Source: a virus
Lineage: Duplodnaviria > Caudoviricetes
IMG/VR virus record: IMGVR_UViG_3300025751_000015
Coordinates: 20,139 to 84,138 of that record
Reading direction: 5' to 3' (one strand)
DNA: 64,000 nucleotides
This document shows positions 1 to 7,657 of this stretch, piece after piece (position 1 is the first letter of the stretch; every line of letters begins with the position of its first letter). A program made the position numbers and the translations under genes. The notes beneath the pieces are model-generated. The model was not told the DNA's origin and made no database searches. It worked only from the letters and a program-made list of their open reading frames with translations.

Positions 1-432
1 GAATTTGAGCATATACACGCTATTTCAATTGACAGTGCTAACATTGAGATAAACGAAGTAGACGGTTTAGAATACAGCAGTAAGCACATTAATACTATTG
101 TTGAAAACACAGATGTAGGTGAATGGGCAAATGGTATTAGTGAAGAAACTAATTACGAAACAGAAATACTAGAAAGTGTAGAGGATACATATCCCGAAAA
201 AGGCACACACATTGTACAAATGCTTTCTCTAGAAAAAGGTACATTCTTTGATGGCATAGTAGAAACTGTGGGAGAGTTTGATCCTAAAAAACTTAAAATT
301 CAATACAGCGAAACTACCAATGGAGAAGACATAGTACGTGGTATTACTTACGACGGTAAAGATGTAGATAACAACGGTGGTGATACTAACGGAAAAGGGT
401 TTTCGGCGGATGTATGGACACAGGAGTATTAA
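1..432 (+). CDS. Hypothetical acidic phage protein, 5'-truncated by the window edge
   Basis: Frame 1 is open from base 1 to the TAA at 430-432; the ORF track only shows the part from ATG 220. Confidence 0.7.
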   Translation, partial: EFEHIHAISIDSANIEINEVDGLEYSSKHINTIVENTDVGEWANGISEETNYETEILESVEDTYPEKGTHIVQMLSLEKGTFFDGIVETVGEFDPKKLKIQYSETTNGEDIVRGITYDGKDVDNNGGDTNGKGFSADVWTQEY

Positions 433-635
433 TGACTGTTAAAGATAAAATTAATGAACGCATGAATAAACTACAGGCATGGATGGAATCAAACTATCAT
501 TTAGAACATCCTGAAGAAGTAGAAGAACATATTCAAAGTGTAAGCAAGTTTTGGAGTGCTTTGTCAGAAGAAGATAGAGATTATATACAAGGTGCTCGTT
601 TTGCTATTGAATCTAAAATGGAATGGAACGTATGA
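432..635 (+). CDS. Small hypothetical protein (67 aa)
   Basis: ATG 432 overlaps the upstream stop (TAATG) and has AGGAG 5 nt upstream; preferred over ATG 414. Confidence 0.65.
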   Translation: MTVKDKINERMNKLQAWMESNYHLEHPEEVEEHIQSVSKFWSALSEEDRDYIQGARFAIESKMEWNV

Positions 636-1054
636 CCGACACACTAGAAAAAGCACAAGCAGAAGGTAGAGCACCTTGGACTAATGTTACATTTGATACC
701 AAAGAGTTTGTTGTATACGAAGACATTTATCCTGTAACTCCCGGACATACGTTAGTTGTGCCAAAAGAGAACACAGTAGAAAATATACAAAAGTGTTTTA
801 AGTTTGCCCAGGAAATGGGTAACATGAACATTGAAGCAGAAACTAATCCAATTACAGGATACAACATTGGAATCAATATGGGTGCTAGTGCTGGACAAAC
901 AGTTATGTATCCACACGTACATTTGATTTTTAGACGTGACGGTGATATGGAAGATCCCCGAGGCGGTGTTCGTGGTGTAATTCCAGAAAAACAAAAGTAT
1001 TCCAAAAAGGACGAATTACAAACGGACTTATTTGAAGATAATGTTGGATGTTAA
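623..1054 (+). CDS. HIT-family nucleotide hydrolase
   Basis: DIYPVTPGHTLVVPK, NIGINMGASAGQTV and YPHVHLI motifs (first His of the triad replaced by Tyr). Start may be ATG 632 (ATGA overlap). Confidence 0.85.
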   Translation: MERMTDTLEKAQAEGRAPWTNVTFDTKEFVVYEDIYPVTPGHTLVVPKENTVENIQKCFKFAQEMGNMNIEAETNPITGYNIGINMGASAGQTVMYPHVHLIFRRDGDMEDPRGGVRGVIPEKQKYSKKDELQTDLFEDNVGC

Positions 1055-1057
1055 TGG

Positions 1058-1086
1058 TTGACAAAAACCTAAATAAACACTATAAT
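1058..1086 (+). promoter_or_regulatory. Sigma70-type promoter for queE
   Basis: TTGACA (1058-1063), 17-nt spacer, TATAAT (1081-1086); AGGAG before ATG 1105. Confidence 0.85.
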
Positions 1087-1104
1087 ATATAATAGGAGTT
1101 GTAA

Positions 1105-1998
1105 ATGAAACTTAGATATAGTGAAGCATTTTATAGTGTACAAGGCGAAGGACGCTTCGTAGGCGTGCCTAGTGTATTCTTGCGTACATTTGGTTGTAAC
1201 TTTCGTTGTATGAATTTTGGTTTGGACAAGCATCCAAACAGAGCAGAAAAATTAGAACAAGGCATCAAGTATAATCCTGAAGTAAAACAATTACTTGATG
1301 ATGGTATTTTAGACAAGGTAAATAGATTTGAGGACTTGCCTATTGTTCACACAGGCTGTGATACATATGCAAGTATCTATCCAGAATTTAAGAAGTATAT
1401 GAAAGACCATACAGTTGACGAAGTAGTTGATTATGTATTGAGTCTTACTCCACAACGAAAGTGGACAATGAATAATGGACAGGATGTTCATTTTATACTC
1501 ACAGGCGGAGAGCCCTTGCTAGGGTGGCAACGCCTTTACATGGATCTATTTGAACACCCTGGCATGGGAGACTTAAAAAATGTTACATTTGAAACAAATA
1601 CAACACAATCTCTTAGAGATGATTTCAGAGAGTGGCTCAACAACGAAAGAGCATTTCATATCACTTGGTCGTGCAGTCCGAAACTTTCCGTTAGTGGAGA
1701 GCCTTGGGATACTGCTATCAAGCCTGATATTGCTAGGCAGTATTATGATGTACCTAATAGTAGTATGTATTTCAAATTTGTTGTGGCTACCGAAGATGAT
1801 GTGGACGAAGTTACAAAAGCAGTTGAACAATACAGAGCAGAAGGAATCGATGTTCCAGTCTATGTTATGCCGCTTGGGGGTAGGTCAGAAGAATACAAAC
1901 TCAACACTAGAGGAGTCGCAACATTGGCAATGGAGCGAGGCTGGAGGTATACACCCAGACTACACGTCGACATCTTCGGCAATGCTTGGGGAACTTGA
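1105..1998 (+). CDS. queE: 7-carboxy-7-deazaguanine synthase (radical SAM, QueE-like)
   Basis: EAFYSVQGEG..VGVPSVFLRTFGCNFRC, GCDT, TGGEPLL, ETN, SPKL, YVMPLG and RLHVDIFG match the QueE pattern. Confidence 0.9.
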   Translation: MKLRYSEAFYSVQGEGRFVGVPSVFLRTFGCNFRCMNFGLDKHPNRAEKLEQGIKYNPEVKQLLDDGILDKVNRFEDLPIVHTGCDTYASIYPEFKKYMKDHTVDEVVDYVLSLTPQRKWTMNNGQDVHFILTGGEPLLGWQRLYMDLFEHPGMGDLKNVTFETNTTQSLRDDFREWLNNERAFHITWSCSPKLSVSGEPWDTAIKPDIARQYYDVPNSSMYFKFVVATEDDVDEVTKAVEQYRAEGIDVPVYVMPLGGRSEEYKLNTRGVATLAMERGWRYTPRLHVDIFGNAWGT

Positions 1999-2040
1999 TA
2001 AAGAACCATTAGATGAAAAAGCAAGAAAGGCAGGACTATA

Positions 2041-2412
2041 ATGATAGATATAATCAAAAAAATGTTTAATAAAAACCATGTTCCTGCTACAGTGTCTAAA
2101 GAAAAGACAACAGACGCTAAAGCAGAAGCAACAAAAAAGAAAGAACCTTATGTAGCGGTTCTTAATGTGGAAATGAAAGATAATAATCCACGCAACGGTT
2201 TCTTTGAATTAGATTGGAACCAATACTTTATACGTGAGTTAAAACTTAACGGATACCAAGGAGATAGCGAAGAAGCAATAGTAGATGCTTGGTTTAAAGA
2301 ATTATGTGGTAATGTTGCAAAAGATCAAGGCGTAGCGACAGCAGAAAATCCTATGGGTGCTGGCTATGTTAATGTAAAACCTTTAGGAGACAACAAATCG
2401 GAGGTTAGTTAA
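2041..2412 (+). CDS. Conserved hypothetical phage protein
   Basis: 123-aa ORF, tightly packed with start/stop overlap at its 3' end. Confidence 0.7.
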   Translation: MIDIIKKMFNKNHVPATVSKEKTTDAKAEATKKKEPYVAVLNVEMKDNNPRNGFFELDWNQYFIRELKLNGYQGDSEEAIVDAWFKELCGNVAKDQGVATAENPMGAGYVNVKPLGDNKSEVS

Positions 2413-2585
2413 TGACTCCAGTAACTAAAACAAGAAAAACTGAAAAGTATAAGAAAGAAGATTGGCAGGCATTAGCAGACTGTATTAGATCAGATCAATT
2501 AAGTGCTAAACAAGTACACGAAACAATGATCTTTAATCCAGAATTTGCTAAATGGTATAGAATGAAATATATAGGCAGAAGATAA
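2412..2585 (+). CDS. Small hypothetical protein (57 aa, not on ORF track): MTPVTKTRKTEKYKKEDWQALADCIRSDQ...YIGRR
   Basis: Fills the gap exactly, with TAATG overlaps at both ends. Confidence 0.7.
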   Translation: MTPVTKTRKTEKYKKEDWQALADCIRSDQLSAKQVHETMIFNPEFAKWYRMKYIGRR

Positions 2586-3574
2586 TGACATACATTCTCG
2601 TAGACACAGCAAATACATTTTTCCGTGCGAGACACGTTGTACGTGGTGATGCTGATATTAAAATCGGCATGGCGCTACATACAACGTTTCAAAGTATTCG
2701 CAAGGCTTGGAATGACTTTAATGGCAGTCATGTAGTGTTTTGTCTTGAGGGGCGTAGTTGGCGCAAGGACTTTTATGCACCGTATAAACGCAATCGTCAA
2801 GAAACTCGTGACGCACTTACCCCTTCACAACAGGAAGAAGATAAAATCTTCTGGGAAACATTTGATGAATTTACTGGATTTCTACGTGAAAAAACAAATT
2901 GCAGTGTGTTACAACACCCACAATTAGAAGCAGACGATTTAATTGCAGGCTGGATACAATCACATCCTAAAGACAATCATGTTATTATTAGCACCGATGG
3001 CGACTTTGCACAGTTAATTGCACCTAATGTAAAACAATACAATGGTGTATCAAAAACAACAATAACACACGAAGGATACTTTGATGAAAAAGGTAAACCT
3101 GTTATAGATAAAAAAACTAAGGCAGAAAAACCTGCACCTAATCCTGAGTGGTTGCTTTTTGAAAAGTGTATGCGTGGTGATACAAGCGATAATGTGTTTA
3201 GTGCATATCCAGGTGTTCGTGTAAAAGGTACAAAGAACAAGGTGGGATTGCAGGAAGCATTTGAAGACAGAGAAACAAAAGGTTTTAATTGGAATAACCT
3301 TATGTTACAACGTTGGACAGATCATGAAGGTAATGAACATAGAGTATTAGATGACTATTCAAGAAATGTTACACTTTGTGATTTAACTGCACAACCTGCA
3401 GAAATTAAAGAATTAATAGGACAAACTATTGCAGATGGTATTTCTGCAAGTAAAGACATTTCTCAGGTAGGTGTACGTTTAGTAAAATTTGCAAGCAGTT
3501 ACGATCTTAATAAGATTACTGAACAAGCAGAAACATATGCTAAACCTTTGAATGCAAGATACGGGAGAGTATAA
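2585..3574 (+). CDS. rnh: T4-type RNase H / 5'-3' flap exonuclease
   Basis: ILVDTANTFFR, SWRKDFYAPYKRNR, LEADDLIA, IISTDGDFAQL and MRGDTSDNV motifs of the FEN/5'-nuclease family. Confidence 0.9.
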   Translation: MTYILVDTANTFFRARHVVRGDADIKIGMALHTTFQSIRKAWNDFNGSHVVFCLEGRSWRKDFYAPYKRNRQETRDALTPSQQEEDKIFWETFDEFTGFLREKTNCSVLQHPQLEADDLIAGWIQSHPKDNHVIISTDGDFAQLIAPNVKQYNGVSKTTITHEGYFDEKGKPVIDKKTKAEKPAPNPEWLLFEKCMRGDTSDNVFSAYPGVRVKGTKNKVGLQEAFEDRETKGFNWNNLMLQRWTDHEGNEHRVLDDYSRNVTLCDLTAQPAEIKELIGQTIADGISASKDISQVGVRLVKFASSYDLNKITEQAETYAKPLNARYGRV

Positions 3575-4056
3575 TGGAATTTGAATTTAAAGCAAAACAG
3601 TTAGTTCCAAATAAATTTTGGATTGTACAAGATCATGGACGCAAGGTAGGAACACTAGCAAAAGAAAAAGAAGGATTTATTCTTGTTACTCCTAGGGATA
3701 AGATTAAATTTGAAAACGTAGAAAAAGTTTACGAAACTTTCGGACAGGATTTCTTCGAACAAACAGTAAAGAAAAAAACAAAAGATACAAAAGTTTTAGA
3801 AGTTCATGGGTATCCAACAAGTACACCTGCATATAATCCTTTACTAGATGTGCAGAACAATCTTCCTTTATACAGCAAAAGTAGAAAATCGAAAAGTTTA
3901 TACTGTGCAGGTTACTACACAATTAGATTTGCTAAAGGTTGGGTAAAAAGTTTTTGTCCTAAACTTATTACACTGCAAAGATATGAATACAAAGGTCCTT
4001 TTACAACAGAACTAGAAATGCGTCAGGTACTAGCAAATGTCTCGAAATCCAGTTAA
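3574..4056 (+). CDS. Conserved hypothetical phage protein
   Basis: 160-aa ORF translationally coupled to rnh (TAATG). Confidence 0.7.
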   Translation: MEFEFKAKQLVPNKFWIVQDHGRKVGTLAKEKEGFILVTPRDKIKFENVEKVYETFGQDFFEQTVKKKTKDTKVLEVHGYPTSTPAYNPLLDVQNNLPLYSKSRKSKSLYCAGYYTIRFAKGWVKSFCPKLITLQRYEYKGPFTTELEMRQVLANVSKSS

Positions 4057-4264
4057 TACACTTCCAATAGAAAACTTTTTACAGGCCGCAAAAGTTGCAG
4101 GTAAAACACAACAACGTGAACTTAAACTAGATGCTAAACAGTATAAAGACCTAGCAGATAGTTTAAGTATGGTGCTTGCAAGACTTGTAGAACTGCAAGA
4201 TACACGCCTACAACAACCACAAGAGGTTAGTGTAGATGTTAAAATGGACGGCGGAAACTTCTAA
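4037..4264 (+). CDS. Hypothetical protein
   Basis: 75-aa ORF in operon order. Confidence 0.6.
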   Translation: MSRNPVNTLPIENFLQAAKVAGKTQQRELKLDAKQYKDLADSLSMVLARLVELQDTRLQQPQEVSVDVKMDGGNF

Positions 4265-4310
4265 ATTTTCGATAAATAAGTACGTAGTTAACTTAAAGGA
4301 ATTACGTACA

Positions 4311-4592
4311 ATGAGTAGACCAAAACCAACTATCTTGTTGGAATATACCGACAAGAACACATATAGAAAAGAAGAAGTACTAGATGCTGAAGCAATCTGG
4401 GCGGTCTTTTATCAGGGTAAACCTTTCAACCTAAAAAGTTCAAATTCTATTTCGCCAACACCCGGTCCTAAATACAAGAAAACAAGTTTTAGCAATCCAG
4501 GCCACGCTTTGAACCTTGCTAAAAAATTAAATTTAACCTTTAAGACTGAAGGTTTTGAAGTTTATAAGTTAACAAAGGGCGATAAAATTTAA
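4311..4592 (+). CDS. Conserved hypothetical protein (93 aa)
   Basis: ATG 4311 follows TAAATA (4273-4278) and AAGGA; preferred over the ORF-track start 4236. Confidence 0.7.
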   Translation: MSRPKPTILLEYTDKNTYRKEEVLDAEAIWAVFYQGKPFNLKSSNSISPTPGPKYKKTSFSNPGHALNLAKKLNLTFKTEGFEVYKLTKGDKI

Positions 4593-4594
4593 TA

Positions 4595-4984
4595 ATGGAT
4601 ATTAAAGAAGCATACACCAAAACCTTCATGGTAGGTGCTGGTGAACAAGATACATCAGATCAAGAGATTAAGAAAAATTATATGCTTTGGTGGCAAAACA
4701 CAAGAGCAAAAGGCGATGCAGGTTTGCGTTTAACCAAAGATGGATTCGAATATGCTGTTGAACGTGCAGATCTACAAACCTACGAAATTAAATTTCCCAA
4801 TGAAATTAAGTTTACTCCTCAGGTATTCCTTTATCTAGACAACTTTATTGATTGTCCGTATTACGTTACAAAGAAAAGAATCTATGTTTTCAGCGAAAAA
4901 ATGGGTCTACAACTAATGATGTTCGCTGGAGATATCAAACAATACGGTCTTGCTCGTGCTATGGCACAAGAACTAGAAGACTAA
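4595..4984 (+). CDS. Hypothetical protein
   Basis: 129-aa ORF in operon order. Confidence 0.7.
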   Translation: MDIKEAYTKTFMVGAGEQDTSDQEIKKNYMLWWQNTRAKGDAGLRLTKDGFEYAVERADLQTYEIKFPNEIKFTPQVFLYLDNFIDCPYYVTKKRIYVFSEKMGLQLMMFAGDIKQYGLARAMAQELED

Positions 4985-5030
4985 TCAGTCATTTTGGATA
5001 GAATTTTATCCAAAATATAGGAAAAACCGC

Positions 5031-5058
5031 TTGACATTTTGCTTTGCGATGCTATACT
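5031..5058 (+). promoter_or_regulatory. Sigma70-type promoter (extended -10) for the AAA+ ATPase
   Basis: TTGACA 5031-5036, 16-nt spacer, TGc-TATACT 5053-5058; a 10-bp inverted repeat (ATTTTGGATA/TATCCAAAAT, 4991-5016) lies just upstream. Confidence 0.8.
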
Positions 5059-5091
5059 ATAGATATAGTTAGAAACAAAGGAGCATAGCAA

Positions 5092-6183
5092 ATGGCACAA
5101 ACAACTGAAGCACGTACAGTTACACCAAACGAAGCAAAGGCGGCTGTACAACACGCAATGAAACTGAAGCGACCTATCTTTATGTGGGGTCCTCCAGGTA
5201 TTGGTAAGTCTGACATTATGAGTCAGATTACAAAATCACTTAAAAACGCACATCTTATTGACGTTCGTTTGTCACTGTGGGAACCTACAGACATTAAAGG
5301 TATTCCTTATTATGCGGCAAATGATAACGTAATGGCTTGGGCACCTCCAAGCGAACTTCCTGATGAGGAAATTTCTAAGAAATACGAAACTATTGTATTG
5401 TTCTTAGACGAAATGAATTCGGCGGCGCCAGCAGTACAAGCGGCGGCCTATCAACTTATTCTAAATCGTAAGGTTGGTACATACAAACTACCAGACAATG
5501 TTGTAATTGTCGCGGCAGGTAACCGTGAAACTGATAAGGGTGTAACTTATCGTATGCCGGCACCACTTGCCAATCGTTTTGTACACCTTGAACTCCGTGT
5601 TGACTTTGAAGATTGGTTGACATGGGCGACAGAAAACAAAATCCACGCAGACGTTGTGGGTTACTTGACTTTCGCTAAACAAGATCTATATGATTTTGAT
5701 CCAAAGTCAAGTTCACGAGCATTCGCAACTCCACGTTCTTGGAGTTTCGTAAGCGAACTTCTCGACGATGAACTGCCTGAGTCTACACTTACAGACTTAG
5801 TTGCAGGTAGCGTCGGCGAAGGTTTGGCAGTTAAATTTGCGGCACACCGTAAGGTTGCGGCTAAACTGCCAAATCCAACAGACATACTTAAAGGCAAGGT
5901 TAAGAGTATGGAGACGAAAGAAATTTCGGCAATGTATTCACTAACTGTAAGTATGTGCTATGAACTTCAAGAGGCATTTAAACGCAAGGAGAAGGGTTGG
6001 AACACAATGGCAGACAATTTCTTTGGTTTTATGATGGATAATTTTGAAACCGAACTAGTTGTTATGGGTACGCGAGTTGCTATCGCTACTTACAAACTGC
6101 CATTTTCGCCAAAGGACCTGAAAAACTTCGATCGTTTCCACGATAAGTATGGCAAGTATGTTCAGGCCGCTATGGCATCCTAA
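5092..6183 (+). CDS. MoxR/CbbQ-like AAA+ ATPase
   Basis: Walker A WGPPGIGKS, Walker B LFLDE, AAGNR, MPAPLANRF (Arg finger) and FATPRSW. Confidence 0.9.
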   Translation: MAQTTEARTVTPNEAKAAVQHAMKLKRPIFMWGPPGIGKSDIMSQITKSLKNAHLIDVRLSLWEPTDIKGIPYYAANDNVMAWAPPSELPDEEISKKYETIVLFLDEMNSAAPAVQAAAYQLILNRKVGTYKLPDNVVIVAAGNRETDKGVTYRMPAPLANRFVHLELRVDFEDWLTWATENKIHADVVGYLTFAKQDLYDFDPKSSSRAFATPRSWSFVSELLDDELPESTLTDLVAGSVGEGLAVKFAAHRKVAAKLPNPTDILKGKVKSMETKEISAMYSLTVSMCYELQEAFKRKEKGWNTMADNFFGFMMDNFETELVVMGTRVAIATYKLPFSPKDLKNFDRFHDKYGKYVQAAMAS

Positions 6184-6192
6184 CTAACTATA

Positions 6193-6214
6193 GAGGGGGT
6201 CTTCGGATCCCCTC
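6193..6214 (+). terminator. Stable cUUCGg hairpin after the ATPase (terminator or processing/stability element)
   Basis: GAGGGGGTC-TTCG-GATCCCCTC forms a 9-bp stem with one G-U pair; no clean U-tract follows. Confidence 0.5.
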
Positions 6215-6232
6215 GCTCTATTAGAGGTTGCT

Positions 6233-6457
6233 ATGAACAAAAAATTTAAAACACATTATCTTAAGCCTACATTTTTTGAACCCAAAGACCATTGGCTGGT
6301 TGGAATTGAATGGCCTGTAAAAGGTTCTAAAGGAAATGAGTACAATGTTTTACTCACTGATAAAGGTTTTCAATGTGAATGTGTAGGATTTTCTTACTAT
6401 GGTAAATGTAAACATTCAAAAGCAGTATTAGATAAAGTACAACGAGCAATGGCATGA
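6233..6457 (+). CDS. SWIM zinc-finger protein
   Basis: GSKGNEYNV...CECVGFSYYGKCKH fits the CxCx(n)CxH SWIM pattern. Confidence 0.8.
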   Translation: MNKKFKTHYLKPTFFEPKDHWLVGIEWPVKGSKGNEYNVLLTDKGFQCECVGFSYYGKCKHSKAVLDKVQRAMA

Positions 6458-6966
6458 GTAGGCATTTTTTCGAAAGACACAAACAAGGTTATGCAGGTAT
6501 AAAAAATTCTGTAACCACAACTTGTACACTTCCTTATTGTAACAAACAATCTTCTAAGTACAAAGGAGCAGGCTCACGTCTTTGTGAACACCATCAAAGT
6601 TTACTAAGAGAGTACGGAGGTCCTGCTAGAATGGATCGTCCGTGGACATTTAATAAGAAAAGGTTTTGCGAAATTTGTGGACATAATCCATGGGAACATC
6701 CTAAAGTAAAACTAATAGAAGATGAACTAATTCGTGATCGTGTTGCATGGGGTATGTTATTTGTAGATCATATTGAAACGCAACGAGACGGTGGTAGCCA
6801 TTGCGACCAAAATACTCAAACACTTTGTTTGGATTGTAATATGATTAAAAGTACACTTGCAGGAGATCTAGTTCCTAAAAAACTGTACAAAGACGAAAAC
6901 GAATATCATAAAGTAATGGAACAATTAAAACCTCATTATAACAAAGTGTTTAACCAAACCAGTTGA
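6454..6966 (+). CDS. HNH-like endonuclease with Zn-binding motifs
   Basis: CEICG, VDHI...GG....N.QTLCLDCNMIK (beta-beta-alpha-metal pattern); N-terminal C..PYC and LCEHH. Confidence 0.65.
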   Translation: MSRHFFERHKQGYAGIKNSVTTTCTLPYCNKQSSKYKGAGSRLCEHHQSLLREYGGPARMDRPWTFNKKRFCEICGHNPWEHPKVKLIEDELIRDRVAWGMLFVDHIETQRDGGSHCDQNTQTLCLDCNMIKSTLAGDLVPKKLYKDENEYHKVMEQLKPHYNKVFNQTS

Positions 6967-6991
6967 CCTCTAGATAACTTTCTGTTATAAT
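6963..6991 (+). promoter_or_regulatory. Sigma70-type promoter
   Basis: TTGACC, 17-nt spacer, TATAAT; AAGGAG precedes the TTG start at 7023. Confidence 0.75.
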
Positions 6992-7022
6992 AATTACAGT
7001 AAATTGCAAATAAGGAGAAAAA

Positions 7023-7598
7023 TTGCAAACTGTAGACTTAGCAATATGGTTACGTAATAACGTAGATTGGAACAAGTATGTTACACTTGTACATACAATT
7101 GGTGACGAACTAAATGAACGTAAATTACGATTTGATAAAAGCGACTTGCTTGAACGCTCACTAGATCTTTTTAGCGATGGAAATCTAGTGTATGTCAATT
7201 TGGAAGGTGTAGATCATATTGGACCCAATGGTATGATGATCGAAATGAAATACACAGAAGGCTCACTGTTTACACGCAAAACCAAAAAACAAAAGAAATA
7301 TGTATCAGATCTACAGTTAATGAACAGCCGTGGATCAAGTGCAGGACGATCACTTCCTCCAGGTTATGCTGACTTTCTTCTTATCTGTGATACGGAAAGT
7401 GTGGCACTAATTGCTAAAAATGATCTTATTCCCTTTGTAATTGATGCAGGAGATGGTCTTAAAACTTCCAAATTGCCATCCAATATGGTACAATATGTAT
7501 TCGTCCCAGGTGAATATAAACCACTACATCTAGCAGAATCTGTGTCATATAAAGATGCCAAAATGAAGATGCAACGTGATTTTTTAGCACAATTTTAG
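7023..7598 (+). CDS. Putative PD-(D/E)XK restriction-like nuclease
   Basis: GVDHIGPNGMMIEMKY gives D-x9-E-x-K, and a later ADFLLICD strand fits the fold; TTG start with good SD. Confidence 0.4.
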   Translation: MQTVDLAIWLRNNVDWNKYVTLVHTIGDELNERKLRFDKSDLLERSLDLFSDGNLVYVNLEGVDHIGPNGMMIEMKYTEGSLFTRKTKKQKKYVSDLQLMNSRGSSAGRSLPPGYADFLLICDTESVALIAKNDLIPFVIDAGDGLKTSKLPSNMVQYVFVPGEYKPLHLAESVSYKDAKMKMQRDFLAQF

Positions 7599-7626
7599 TT
7601 GACAAATACCTGTTTGATGCTATAAT
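7599..7626 (+). promoter_or_regulatory. Sigma70-type promoter (extended -10) for the vWA/peptidase gene
   Basis: TTGACA 7599-7604, 16-nt spacer, TGc-TATAAT 7621-7626. Confidence 0.85.
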
Positions 7627-7657
7627 TATATTATAGTTAGAAAGTTAGGAGCAAACA

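Noticed and set aside
4236-4310. ORF-track N-terminal extensions at 4236, 58020 and 62882
   Set aside because: They run through promoter or terminator sequence; downstream ATGs (4311, 58065, 62918) fit the promoter and SD geometry better.
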